The notes under the pieces were generated by a model that saw only the letters and a program-made list of their open reading frames with translations, was not told where the DNA came from and ran no database searches. From the NCBI GenBank assembly GCA_951406725.2, contig OX597814.1, positions 112,902,001 through 112,966,000 on the forward strand: 64,000 bases of DNA. Reading direction: 5' to 3'. The DNA comes from Octopus vulgaris. Lineage: Eukaryota. Shown here piece by piece: positions 1 through 13,517 of this stretch (positions are counted from its first letter, which is position 1; each line of letters opens with the position of its first letter). The position numbers and the translations under genes are program-made.

Positions 1-203
1 ACTCAAAAGGAAATCAGTCACTTTGCCTCTGTGAGGCCCAAACCTCCCAAGCAAACTTCCTACCACAGAGCTAGGCTTGTGCTGTATTGTGCTTTATTCC
101 AAGAAACTTGGTTGAAGTGACATTGATTGATGTTAAGTCTCTTTGTCTAACTCTAAATATGTTATTTTGTGTTCTTATTCTTTCACTCATTCTAATTCAA
201 CAG

Positions 204-321
204 GTCATTGACAAATGTCTAAAAATTGCAGATATACCTGAATGGTTTCCTGGATCAGAACTAAACTATGCAGAAAACCTGTTGCGCTTCAATGACAACA
301 GGATAGCAATATATGCAACAA
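204..321 (+). CDS. AACS: Acetoacetyl-CoA synthetase, first coding exon in window ([39 protein letters not shown]); upstream exons lie outside the window
   Basis: cag acceptor at 201-203 and gtatgt donor at 322. The peptide resembles the AACS '[16 protein letters not shown]' segment. Phase 1 end joins the next exon as R-E-G. Confidence 0.93.
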
Positions 322-324
322 GTA

Positions 325-358
<34 letters not shown>

Positions 359-547
359 TGCAATTCATTCATTTTCATGTTTGTTTCTTGATAATCATCT
401 TTTCCAGTCTCTCTTGAAGCACATATTTTTCTGTTTAGGTGTCACTTCAAGGACTGTGGCAGTGAGGACACTGGCAGTTACACACTCATGTCATCCGTCA
501 TCTGTTCTTCTAAAGTAGCATGAGTTAGGTTAATATATAACATCATC

Positions 548-846
548 CTTTTCAAGCCTAGCCAGACTCATGGGCCCGGTTTCCCAGTTTCTGTAGTGTA
601 TGTGTTCCCCCCAGCTGGACGGGACGCCAGTCAATTGCAGCATTACTCAAGAAACAGGAAGAGAGAGTGAGAGAAAGTTGGGGCGAAAGATTACAACAGG
701 GGTCACCAGCACCCCCTGCCGGAGCCTCATGGGGCTTTTAGGTGTTTTTGTTCAATAAACACACACAACGCCCGGTTTGAGAATCGAAACTACGATCCTC
801 CAACCACGAGTCCACTGCCCTAACCACTGGGCCATTGCGCCTCCAC
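548..846 (-). mobile_element. tRNA-derived SINE family B (other copies ~22198-22488 +, 36296-36665 -, 61085-61443 -)
   Basis: Head gtggaggcgcaatggcccagtggttagggc...gtttcgattc with A/B boxes. Confidence 0.8.
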
Positions 847-852
847 AGATAT

Positions 853-897
<45 letters not shown>

Positions 898-1109
898 AAA
901 ATCAAAATTGCTGATGTGGCCGATGACGGTACCGCCTGATTGGCATTCATGCCTGTGGAACGTTAAAAGCACATCTGAACGTGGGGTGTAACCAACCCAC
1001 TTATGAGTACCCCCATTCACTGGACAATAAACTTTGCTTGCTAAGACCTATTGAGGCAAGTAAAATCAAATCAAAATCATTGATGTGGCCGATGACAGTT
1101 CCGCCTGAT

Positions 1110-1151
<42 letters not shown>

Positions 1152-2946
1152 GTATATGTACATACTTACATCTATACATACATATTTGCTGGCTGTTTTT
1201 CTACTCCTGTATTACGAGCATTTAAGAACAATATATGCTCTCGGTAAAACATTTGCTCCAGCAAAGCAAATTAAATAAAATTTGGGATTTTGCGGAGGGT
1301 CAAAATTGGTAACACAAACAGGACAGTGAAAGCAAACAGGAAGGGCTGCTAAACATAAACGAGGTTGTGGTGGCGAATGCATGAATCAAGCTGGGACAGG
1401 AGACAAACAAGGACACATCTTCCTTGTAAAATTTTGTTGACTTTTCTTTGAGTCACTTCTTCACTACAGTTTTCACTTCCTCGTGACTGGAATGTTTGCC
1501 TCTCAAACCCTCTTTTGTGGCACCAAAGAGATGATAGTCTGAAGGCACTAAATCTGGTGAATGTGGAGGTAGTGAAGAAGTGGCTCAAAGAACAGTTAAC
1601 AGAATTTTTACAGGGCAGGGATACATGCTCTCATTCAAAGGTGGAACATTGTTATTGAGAGAAAAGGTGACTATGTTGAGAAGTAGGGATGTGATCCACA
1701 GAGGACCAACTTCATTTTGATGTATGATACATGTTCCTGTGTTGGTAATTATACCTGTCCGAAACAAAATGGCATTACTCTTTGACTCACCCTCGTATAA
1801 TATATATGTGTGTGTGTGTATATATGTGTGTGTGTATATATGTGTGTGTGTGTATATATGTGTGTGTATATTGTGTGTGTGTATGTGTGTGTCTGTGTGT
1901 ATATGTTGTGTATGTTTGTGTGAATCATTTTAACTGTTGCTTTCGGTTTCCTCTATATTAACCTGGTGATTTTTTTTCAAATGTTTAAGAAGATATTTTA
2001 ATTACAAAAATAATTGACTTACTATCAGTGAACGAACTGATAAAGCACAACAAGGTGTTATCAAATATTCTGGACGCTAACTTTCAGGCTGACTTTATTA
2101 CTGATGGGGTGGTTGTGACATTAGTGGTACTAGTGATTATAGTAGGCTACAGTTGGGGTGGTAGTAGTATGGTGGTGGTCGTGCTTACAATGTTGTAGTG
2201 GTAGTGAAATTAGTGGGGTCATTGTATTGGAGTAGTAGTGACAGAAATAGGGGTTGTATTATAGTTATGTTTAAGTTAAAACAAGGTTCTTTTATTTGTT
2301 TCAGTCATTTGACTGTGGCCATACTGAAGCACTGCCTTTAGTCAAGCAAATTGACCCCAGGACTTATTCTTTGTAAGCCAGGTACTTATTCTCTCGGCCT
2401 CTTTTGCTAAACCACTAAGTTATGGGGACCTAAACACACCAACATCAGTTGTCAAGCGACAGTGGGGGTTAAACACAGATATATATATAGGGAGAGTTTA
2501 CGAAAAAAACAAAAGACGAAGACAGATGGTGTACAAAACAAACAGATGTATTAGTATAACGCTCAGGAATAGAAAAAGTCTTTTACGTTTCGAGCCTATG
2601 CTCTTCTACAGGAATAGAAAAAGTCTTTTACGTTTCGAGCCTATGCTCTTCTACAGAAAGGGACACAGAAAAAAACAAGGAGAGAAAAAAATGTGTGTAA
2701 TGGCTAACAATCTATCATGGCGACTGACTTCGGACAGAAGGGTCACACACGAGAGGGAAGAAGTAGGGGAGATAACAAAGTAAAGCTGACCCCCAACACA
2801 AAGGTGTGTGTGTGTATAAGAGAGTATGTATGTGCGTGTGAAAGAAGGCTGGTGGTCTGGACGTGTGCGTGTATGTGTAGGTGTGAAAATGTGGGAATGG
2901 GTGTGTGGGTTGTGTGTTGTGATGTGATGTGTAATGTTGTATGGTG

Positions 2947-4058
2947 TAGGGTTGGACAAAGTAATGGAAACACCTTAAAATTTCAAACAAATTTATTTTA
3001 ATATGGGGTAGGACTGCCTTTGGCAATAATTACAGCTCAAATTCTATGAGGTATGGACTCATACAAAATTTGAATTGTTTCCAAAGAAATTTTTGTCTAT
3101 TCTTCAGCTAAAACAGTCTCCAATTCTTGTAGTGATGATAGTGGAGGATATCGAATCCTTACTTGTTTTCTAAAATGCACCATAAATGTTCAATAATATT
3201 GAAATCTGGGGACTGTGGTGGCCAGATAAGATGTTCAACTTCACTAGAATGTTCCTCGTGTCATTCAGTAACAACTTTAGCTGTATGAATTGGTGCATTA
3301 TCATCCTGAAAGATTGTGTTTCACTCCGGAAACAGTTCAGCAACCATAGGATGAATTTCATCAGATAAAATGCTTAAATAGTTTTGACTATTAATTCTGC
3401 CATGAAGGGAAACCATTGGGCCAGCGAATTTCCAAGATATAACCCCCACCCCCCAGATCATCACAGATCCTCCTCCATATTTAATAGTTGGAAGAAGGCA
3501 GTCTGAGTTAAATGCTTCTTTTGGCTGTCTCCACATGTATTCTCAGCTGGTGGTTGGAAATAAGGTAAAGGATTACTCATCCAAGAAAATAACATTCTTC
3601 CACTGCTCTAGGGACCAATTCTGTAGGTTCTCGAGGTGGTCATTAAGCTCTACAATAATTTTGGGAGCTGTACTTTTGTGATCCTTTCTAACAATTTGCA
3701 TAAGAGTTTTGGTTTTCTTCCAAAGTTTCGTTTCGATGAGGTTTTTCCCTCTTTCCCAAAAGCTGTCATTACTTTTGAGACTGTACTTCTTTATACACCA
3801 AACATTTCAGCTGTTTACGTTATGCTAGCACCTGCCATACGAGCACCAACAATTTGACCTCTTTGAAAGTCTGATAGATCTGTCATTTTAATGAATTTTA
3901 ATTACCTTTTTCTGATGATATCTGAAAAGAAACAGCAATTTTTAGCAAAACATATTAAGCAACACTAATAATAAATCAAAAAACATAAAAATAAACAAGC
4001 TTTTGATGGCTTTATAGATATTTCAGAATTGTGATGCTGGGTGTTTCCATTATTTTGT
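2947..4058 (-). mobile_element. Degenerate Tc1/mariner DNA transposon
   Basis: TIR cores acaaagtaatggaaacacc (2956-2974) and ggtgtttccattattttgt (4040-4058). The transposase remnant starts at 3886 (MTDLSDFQRGQIVGARMAG...GRKPKL) and includes 'PTIKYGGGSVMIWG', with in-frame stops. Confidence 0.9.
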
Positions 4059-4059
4059 T

Positions 4060-4640
4060 TAAATTCTTTGTTACATTTAAAATTAATTGAAAGAAACTCA
4101 GAGCATCTCAACAAAAATGTAATAAAAAGGTTAGACTATATAATAGAGAAACAATTCTTAACCCTTTTGTTACCAGCCCAGCTGAAACCACATCTGGCTC
4201 TGTAGTACAAATGTCTTGTTTTCATAAGTTTTGAATTAAAATTTTCCACCAAACCTTAGTCACAATTTATGTTCCTAATACTAGCTTAATGATAACCAAG
4301 TTATTTTACTAAATTCTTTGTTATATTTAAAATTAATTGAAAGAAATACAGCGCATCTCAACAGAGATACAGTAACGAAAGGGTTAAAATATATAATAGA
4401 GAAACAATTCTTAACCCTTTTGATACCAACCTGCCTGAAACTGGCTCTGGCTCTGTAGCACAAATGTTTTGTTTTCATCAGTTTTGAATTAAAATCTTCC
4501 ACCAAACCTTAGTCACAATTTATGTTCCTAACACTAGCTTAATGATAACTAAGTTATTTTACTAAATTCTTTGTTATATTTTAAATTAATTGAAAGAAAC
4601 ACAGAGCATCTCTACAGAAATATGGTACCAAAAGGGTTTA
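4060..4640. mobile_element. piggyBac-like MITE in tandem (one partial and two full copies, ~253 bp period); related copy at ~51408-51625
   Basis: TTAA-CCCTTTTGTTAC ... GTAACGAAAGGG-TTAA termini (4158-4387, 4411-4640). Confidence 0.75.
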
Positions 4641-5610
4641 AAAAATACCACTCGGCGTTGCATCTGATATATTAACAATTCTACCAACTCACTGCCCTTA
4701 ATAATAATTCTATCTACTATCGGCACAATGCCAGCAATTTTAGAAGGGAGTAAGTCAATCACATCAATCCCAGTCCTTGAGTGATACTTTTATTTTATCA
4801 ACCCCCAAAATGATGAAAGGCAAAGTTAATCTGCATGGAATTTAATCTCAGAACATAAAGAGCAAGGAGAAATTCTTCTAAGCAGTTTGTTCAATGCACT
4901 AACAATTTTATTTAAGCTGGTAGCAATTGTGTGTGGCATTGACAAGCTTCAAGAAAAGTCAAAACATGTCTGTCACTGCAGCAACAATATCTCACTCAAA
5001 TATATATTATTTTCTTACATAGGCACAGGAGCAGCTGTGTGGTAAGTAGCGTGCTTACCAACCACATGGTTCCGGTTTCAGTCCCACTGCATGGCACTTT
5101 GGGCAAGTATCTTCTACTATAGCTTCAGGTCAACCAAAGCCTTGTGAGTGGATTTGGTAGACGGAAACTGAAAGAAGCCCGTCATATATATGTATATATA
5201 CATATATATATATGTATATATACATATATATATATGTGTGTCTGTGTTTGTCCCCCCAACATTGCTTGACAACCAATGCTGGTGTGTTTATGTCCCCGTA
5301 ACCTAGCGGTTAGAATAAGTACTAGGCTTACAAAGAATAAGTCCTGGGGTCGATTTGCTCGACTAAAGGCAGTGCTCCAGCATGGCCGCAGTCAAATGAC
5401 TGAAACAAGTAAAAGAGTAAATCCACGTAAATTCACTGCATCATGCCTTCTAATAGTATATATACATTTAATATAACACATAAATGGCAATTCTAATTTT
5501 GCCTTGATAGTCTTTATAAATTTGGAGGAATTCCTAAGAGTCACAGTTTGTTATTTCTACAGGCTTAAAAATCTTATTCTTCATTCCCTCTTTTAGAAAT
5601 CGTCTCTCTC

Positions 5611-5657
<47 letters not shown>

Positions 5658-5727
5658 TTCACCCTCCCTCCCTCTCTCTCTCACCCTCTCTCTCTCTCTA
5701 TATATATATATATATGTGTGTATGTAT

Positions 5728-5774
<47 letters not shown>

Positions 5775-7518
5775 ATGTAGAAAAATGCAAACTGGGACAA
5801 GAACGTAAAACATTTAGAAGACGATACAAAAAACACGGACGGGACATTAATGTGTGTGTGTAAAAAGAGAATTCCAGTTGGTTTAAGTCCTTGACCTAAT
5901 TTTGGTTCCTAGAGAGAATCATCAACCAAATTCTTTCATTCATAACTTCATTGTTCTTCAGAAAAACAAGAATATTTTTTCAGAAACAGTTTACTCTCTT
6001 CTATGTATCCGATTTATTTCTTATATATTATGGGCTTCTTTCAGTTTCCATCTACCATGCCCACTCACAAGGCAAGTGGTCAGCCTGAGACTATAGTAGA
6101 AAACTCTTACCTAAAATGCTATGCATTGGGACTAAACCCCAAAGCTTCCCAACGGGCCTGGAAGAAGGGAGTAATGAGATGGAAACTGAAAGAAGCCCAT
6201 CATATATATATATAATTTAAATTAAGCAGAAAATGGAGAAAATTTTTGATCAGCAAACAAATTGGCTACCATCAATTTTTTTCTTTTAATACAAAACTTT
6301 ATCACTTCTAACAGCCGTTTCTGCTTCCAATGTTCCTCAACGCTGCCAAAGTAAATTCTGAGAGTAATATTCGTCATATTCTATTGCACATCCAATCTGG
6401 TACATGGAGCTTCATCAGAGTGAAGAGAAAATACATAAAATAAAATAGAAGAAAAGAAAACGAGCCTCAAGAGGAGAAATGAAGGCTTAATATATTTGAA
6501 TCATTCCATTTTGCAGTGTAATGCTTGAGGCCTTTGAGTAAATGACTAAACTAGAAAATTAATTAATTGGTGGGTTAATCTTTCTTTAGGGGTAACAGGG
6601 TGATTAAATAACAAAAAACATAAAATGAGTACTTTGGAATAACGGGATTCGCCAATAGGTCTAGAAAAAGAATAGTACTTAAGATTTCATGAATTACTAA
6701 TTGATATTTATCCAAATAACATGCCCATAAATTAATTACATTAATATGCTTGCTGATATATTATAAAGACCAACCACCTGTTGTCAGTAATGGGATTGAC
6801 CAAAGTCCAGCCATCAATATAGTTGGTCAGTTAAATTTAAAAACCAAAGGGCAAGCTATTAAGACCATTATAGGGGTAGATGTAAATAAAAAGTAAAAGC
6901 ATGGAGAAGTAGCATATGTTATAAGTGGCCCAAGGCCACTTGTGACATTATAAATAAACCAACCAGACATGTAAACAAGCACCATGTGACAGAAGGTACT
7001 ACAGGTGTGTGTGTGTGTGTGTGTGTGTCTGTTTGCCCCCACCCCTACCCCCACCATTGCTTGACAACTGATGTTGGTGTGTTTACATCCCCGTAACTTA
7101 GCAGTTTGGCAGAAGAGACTGATAGAATAAGCACCAGGCTTACAAAGAATGAGTCCAGGGGTTGATTTCTTTGACCAAAAGGCAGTGCTCCAGCATGGCC
7201 ACAGTCAAATGACTGAAACAAGTAAAAGAATAACCTGCCAGATAAAAAGAAAATAAGGGTTGGCAGGTAAATGTTCTTTTTTTATTCTTCAGGTTTTTGA
7301 AAGAAGAGCATCAAGCTTTAACAATGCTGCCTTAGATAAGTCCTCCTCTAACCCATGCTGTCATGAAGAAATGGACGTTAAATGAACAAACAAAATAAAC
7401 AAATTTGTTCAGATTGGTAGAGCGTCTGATCAGCTGCTTTGACATGTTGAATACAAATCATGAATTGACAATATTCCTTCCTCCAAAATGTCTGACCTTG
7501 TGTCTCATTTAGAAATTA

Positions 7519-7913
7519 CTAGCAGTATCGCCTGGCGTTGCTCGGATTTGTTTCGACCCTTTAGAATTCGAATTTTTGAAAAGTAAAAATTTTTCATTAT
7601 GTAGCTTGTTATTCTCTTTAAGTGAACATTTTTCTGGTTGAAATACACCGAAAAATGGCAACACGGCAGTCAAAAAAATCGTAAAAAATAGGGATTTTCA
7701 TAGAAAAAAAGCACCTTTTTGATGTAAATAATTTTTGGTGTTAACATGGTCCGATTTGAATTTTTTCTTCTACGGAATGAAGATTAAGCCTTCTTCTATC
7801 ATACTCTCAATTTTGGTCAACATGTGCCGCAGGGTCTCAGCAGAGATAGTGTTAGTTGAAGGCTACCAAACCTGCCATACACAGACAATTTCAGCTTTAT
7901 ATATAAAGAGAGA
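7519..7913 (-). mobile_element. Non-autonomous Helitron-like element
   Basis: On - strand: A|TC 5' end with TA-rich start, GC-rich subterminal motif, CTAG|T 3' end. Confidence 0.65.
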
Positions 7914-8190
7914 TTATTTTAAATATTGACAGCTGGCTTCACTGATAAGATAATGGACCAACTTTCTGGGTGTTCCACCTCATCAATGTATATTCTGCTG
8001 AATCCTTGACCAAAATATAGAACTCTACTTCACACTGGTTTCAATCATTGGTCTGTGGCCATACTGGGGCACCACCTTTAGAATTTATTGGTCAATCATA
8101 TTACCTCCTGGTGCTACTTGCTTAAGTGATCTCTGTTTACCAAATGGCTAAGTTTTTTTTACATAAAGTAAGAACAACATTGGTTTACAT

Positions 8191-8221
<31 letters not shown>

Positions 8222-8692
8222 TTCTCTCTCTCTCTTCTCTCATGTCTCTCTCTCATCTCTCTCTCTCTCTCTCTTCTCTCTTCTCTCTCTCACCCACTCA
8301 CTCACTCACAGTATGTAGCAGCTGTACAAGAAAGTAGTCTAGCTGTCAGAACTCTGGTGATATAGATTTTTTCAATACTCAGAAAACTTCATAGTTGTAG
8401 TTAATAACTTCTGTTACTTGTTATTACCTTACAGAGGCAATGACAAGTGACCGAGGCCTTTGGGTATATGCCATGCTTGAGAAGACTCATCAAGCCACGT
8501 GAAATCGTAGGTTGTGGTCAGTGCTGGTGTCACATAACTGGCACCTGTGCCGGTGACATGTAAAAAGCACCTTTTATACACTCTTGGAGTGGTTGGTGTT
8601 AGGAAGGGCATTCAGCCATAGAAACCAACTCAGATCAGACTGGAGCATGATCCAGCCCTCCAGCTTACCAGTTCCAGTCAAACCATATAACC

Positions 8693-9516
8693 CAGGGGTC
8701 ACCAAACTACAGCCCATGAGGTCAGTTCATCTGGCCTGCCACCGCACTATACCTTTTGTGTAAATGCCTGCAATAAGAGTTCATTTGCCTCTGGTATGGC
8801 ATCAGTGTTTGGAACAACTTATATCTGTCAGCGAACATTTTCAAAAACGAAGAATGTGAAGTCAGCCAATCGAATGAGGTTGGCTGATAAACATTTGAAA
8901 GCAATTCTCTTGGTTGGATGCAGCAATTCCAAAGCAAATATTGATATCTTAAAAGCTAAACACCATTTTCACAAACCTCACAAACCTTTTTTGCTGCTTA
9001 GGTTATGAGATTCAGATATGTGCACACTGGGTGTGATATAACCATCTTTTTGCTAATGTCGTCTCCTTTGATAACATTTTGGTAAATAAATATGTTGGTT
9101 GTCTTTATTTTTTGTGTATTCACTATATTGCATTGACCTTGGGCAAGTGTCTTCTACTATAGCCTCGGGCCGACCAAAGCCTTGGAAGAGGATTTGGTAG
9201 ACGGAAACTGAAAGAAGCCCATTGTATATATATGTGTATATATATATATGTGTGTGTGTGTATGTTTGTGTGTCTTTATTTGTCACCCCAACATTGCTTG
9301 ACAACCAATGCTGGTGTGTTTACGTCCCTGTAATTTAGCGATTTGGCAAAAGAAACCAGTAGAATAAGTACTAGGCTTACAAAGAATAAGTCCTGGGGTC
9401 AGTTTGCTCGACTAATGGCGGTGCTCCAGCATGGCCACAGTCAAATGACTGAAACAAGTAAAAGAGAGTAAAGAGTATGTGGCCTTCACTCGTCATGAAG
9501 AGTTTGGTGACCCCCG
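8693..9516 (+). mobile_element. Deleted hAT (Buster/Charlie-like) transposon inserted in an RTE-tail repeat and itself interrupted by a SINE (~9135-9476)
   Basis: TIRs caggggtcaccaaact / agtttggtgacccccg; 8-bp TSD-like atataacc/gtctaacc; hATC remnant 'VFGTTYICQRTFS..K..NRMRLADKHL'. Confidence 0.85.
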
Positions 9517-9584
9517 GTCTAACCCATGCTAGCATGGAAAGCAGACACTAAATGATGATGATGTTGACCTGGGCAACCAAATCA

Positions 9585-10050
9585 GCTGTGGAGCCAAGTG
9601 CTTAGAAAGCATAGTGACCAGAATATTGGCAACAACGGAACTCTCTCTCTTTGAGAAAAGGGTAGATATCACGGTACTTGGGTATTTAGTGTGCTACTGC
9701 GTGATAGTGAGACCTGAGTGTTGAATGTTGAGGATATGCAAAAGTTGAAGCAAGTACACTGTGCTGGATGTGCAGCAAGAGAGTACAGGTGAGATGAGAG
9801 ACAAACCAGATATAGGAGGAGTTTTATGTAGTGTGTAAGGGGAAACAACCACATTGGTATGGATGGTGACATGTGGCTAAACAAGTGCCACATGGTGACA
9901 TGTAGGTAAACACAGACACAACACATGTCTTGTGTTTACCCACAAGACATGTGGGTAAACAAGTGGATCTATGTGGAAGGAACCAGTGGAAAAGTAAAAC
10001 CCAAGAAGACATGGTCAAAAGTGGTGAAGACTGATCTCAGGATGTTGATC
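9585..10050 (+). mobile_element. Highly decayed RTE LINE fragment
   Basis: Patchy similarity to the C-terminal region of the 57-58 kb RTE (e.g. 'VEGTSGKVKPKKTWSKVVKTDLRML'). Confidence 0.6.
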
Positions 10051-11914
10051 TCCATAACTCAATATCATCACTGTTTAGCATCTGTTTTCCATGCTGGCAT
10101 GGGTTGGAAGCTCTGACAGGAGCTGGTGAGCTAGAGAATAGAATCAAGCTCCAGTGTCTGCTTTGGCATAGTTTATACAGGTGGATGCCCTTTGTAATGT
10201 CGACCACTTTACAGTGTATACTGAGTGCTTTTTATGTGGCGCCAGCACCAGTGAGGTCACCTTGTAATTTGCAAGAGGACAAGACCCCTCAACTGAGGGG
10301 TGTAGTATTTAGGGAGGTGGCTTTATGCCAGATGATGAGAGGTAAAACTACGATAAAGTGGCAGCAACAGGTATCCTGTCGTAGAGGAGACACATGGCTA
10401 CTTCAGAAAAGAGAGATGATGATGGTGAAGATGCAACCTCAAGTGACAGGAAGTTGAATAAAGAGAAGTGATAGAGAAGATTAAACAGGGTTAATGACTA
10501 AGGAGATAACAAAAGAATGCAACAAATAGTATGGTGATGTGTTGAAAAGGATTTATCCAACCCATGCAAACATGGAAAAGCAGACATAAAACTGATGAGA
10601 AGCAGGCTAATGTGATGTGTTTCATGTAGTTTCTTTCTGCAAAATTTAATTCTTAATGTATTGTTGAACTTATGGCTACAGTAGAAGACATTTGTCCAAG
10701 ATACCATGCAGTGGGATTGAACCTGGATCCCTATGGTTGTAGATCAAACTTGCTAACCACACAGCTATGTCTGTGCCTTATATCTATTTCATGTCCGTTG
10801 TTAAGATATTATCACTGTCAGCTGTTCTGTACTGTTCTGTACACCCGAGAGTCCTGTTATCGTGTTTCATTCTGGATGTGACAGTCTGCTGTTTATCTGA
10901 TCAAGCTGTGAAAACAGCAACACCAAAACACATGGAAGAATTTGGTGGGGTTTAAATGATTTTTTTTAAATGGTCTCAGTCTGTGAACTGTGGTTTTGAG
11001 GGAGCATAATCTGGATTTTCTAAGTAATAACGGACACACACACACAAACAAAAAAACAATCTTTCTCTTAGCAATTATTGCTGATTAAGCTGCTGTTGTT
11101 ATTTAACCACAGGTCAGTCCTGGAAGACAAGGCATTCAAATATAAATGTTTTGTCTTTCTGGAAAGCACATGAACAAAAACTAGAGTGGTTAGCAGATTC
11201 TTGGTAGATTGACGGCCTGCTGTGCTTACCTTGGATCGTAGGGCGACCTGCTGTGCTTGAGGAGACCTATTGAGTCAAGTACATCAACATCAAATGGAAA
11301 TTGTAGTTGCGATACCTGTGCCGGTGGCACGTAAAAAGCACCATCCGAACATGGCCGATGCCAGCGCCGCCTTGACTGGCGATGATGATGATGAGATATG
11401 TCGTGTGTGTGTGCGAAAGCAATGTGCTGGAGTAAGTGTCTATGCATATGTGTGTGCGTATGCATATATATGCATATATTCATGCACATATGGGCATATA
11501 TGTGCTGGTGGCCTGTAAAAAGCACCATTCAAGTGTGTCCAATGCCAGTGCTACCTGACTAGCACCTGTGTCAGTGGCACGTAAAAAGCACCATTCAAAC
11601 ATGGTTGATGCCAGTGCTGCCTCACTGGCTCCTGTGCCTGCAGCATGTAAAAAGCACCCACTACACTCTCAGAGTGGTTGGCATTAGGAAGGGCATCCAG
11701 CTGTAGAAACTTTACTAAATCAGACTGGAGCCTGATGCAGCCTGCCAGCTTGCTAGCCCTCAGTCAAACTGTCCAACCCATGCCAGCATGGAAAGCAGAT
11801 GTTAAACGATGATGATGTATGTATGTATGTATATATGTGTGTGTGTTTATAAAAGTATGTATGTAAAAAAGCACGTTTACATCTATATGTGTGCGTGTTT
11901 ATAGATCTCACAGT

Positions 11915-12230
11915 ATTGACCAGACTGTCAGATGCCGTTATACACCACTGGTCACAATACGCTTCCAATTCTGTCTTGCTTGTGCCATTCTTTTCCATTT
12001 TGATCCAAACTGCTTAACTAAATCATCTTCCCATTGTCTTTGAGGCCTTCCAAGTGGCCCTTTTCTCTTCTCTTGAATATCACTCAGGCAACTGCACAGG
12101 TTCACCCGTTTGTGTTTGAACCTTACAACATGTCCATTCCAGTGGAACTTGTGCTTTCGGTATTCTGCAGTCACGTTGTTCGTTTCTCTCCATTCTTTAA
12201 TTATCTTATTTCGAATGTCGTCTCTCTCTA
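11915..12230 (-). mobile_element. RTE-like LINE C-terminal fragment next to an AACS exon
   Basis: 'KFHWNGHVVR...KGPLGRPQRQWEDDL' resembles the RTE ORF C-terminus. Confidence 0.7.
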
Positions 12231-12269
12231 TATATATAAATAATCTGTTTCTTTATTTCCCTATTTCAG

Positions 12270-12383
12270 GAGAAGGGTCTGATGTAATTACAAAAAGAAC
12301 ATTTGCTGATCTTCATAGAAATGTGGCCCTGTACGCTTCTGCCATGAAACACATGGGTGTCGTTAAGGGAGACCGAGTCGTGG
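12270..12383 (+). CDS. AACS: AACS exon (REGSDVITKRTFADLHRNVALYASAMKHMGVVKGDRVVG)
   Basis: ttcag acceptor, gtaag donor, phases 1/1; GVxKGDRV acyl-CoA synthetase motif. Confidence 0.95.
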
Positions 12384-13517
12384 GTAAGCATTCTTTTATT
12401 GCTTCAGTTCTTTGTGGGAGTTACTTTTTTTTTTTGGCAGGGGGTTCTTTTTTTCAAAATAGCATTAAATAAACAACTGCTTCATTAAAGAACCATTTGA
12501 TAACACACAAAGCTGAAATAAATTTAGATTTAAAGTGAATTTTATGGTTTTATGAGTTGTTAAATAGCTCTTTCATGATGTTACTAGTATCATACAATAT
12601 TAAGACTTAAAGAATAAACACACACACACAAACATCATCATCATTTAACGTCCATTTTCCATGCTGGCATGGGTTGGACAGTTCAACTGAGGTTTGGGTA
12701 GCCAGAAGGCTGCACCAGGCTCCAGTCTAATCTGGCAGTGTTTCTACAGCTGGATGTCCTCCCTAACGTCAACCACTCTGAGAATGTAGTGGGTGCTTTT
12801 TACATGCCACCGGCACAAGGGGCCAGAGGAACTGGCATCGACTATGATCAGATGGTGCTTTTTATGTGCCACTGGCACGGAAGCCAGTCAAGACAGCACT
12901 GGCATACTTAGGTATGCAATCTCCGGGCATACCAGCTCATGATTTTGCAAGCCATGAGCATATAAGTCATTGGATTGGCTAGCTAACTCACCTTCAACCC
13001 AAGTGGGCAGGTGGTGTTGATAAACCCCAGAAATGGTGAAACAGCAATGTCCATCACTCCCAAATGGGATTGAGAGTGAGTATCTCGCCTGTCTTAAGGT
13101 GCTTTAACACCAGTGACTTAAGAGTTATATACTCTGCTATGTCATTGCAAACACATAGACACACTCACACACACGTACTAAACACAGAAACACACACAAA
13201 TACAGACGTAAGTGCATGTGCAGATAGGGATACATTCTACAGAAAGACAAGATGGACTAGAGACAGAGAGAAGATGAGACACAAAGAGCAGAGAGTCATT
13301 GAGGAGGTCACAGAATGTGTGACGAAAGAACTCTGACAAATTAACTAATGATAATAATTTTTAAAAAAAGCTAAAGTGAAGATCAAATAAATAGTGCATG
13401 TGTCTATTGGCAAAATGACCAACCCCAAACATAACATGTTTCAACACACAATTTCACATCAAGAATCTTGCAAAACAAATACATAAACATATTGGTTAAA
13501 GCTTCTCCTTGAAGTGC

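Noticed and set aside
87-518. 143-aa ORF as a standalone gene
   Set aside because: Only 204-321 is an AACS exon; the rest is intron including (TTA)n
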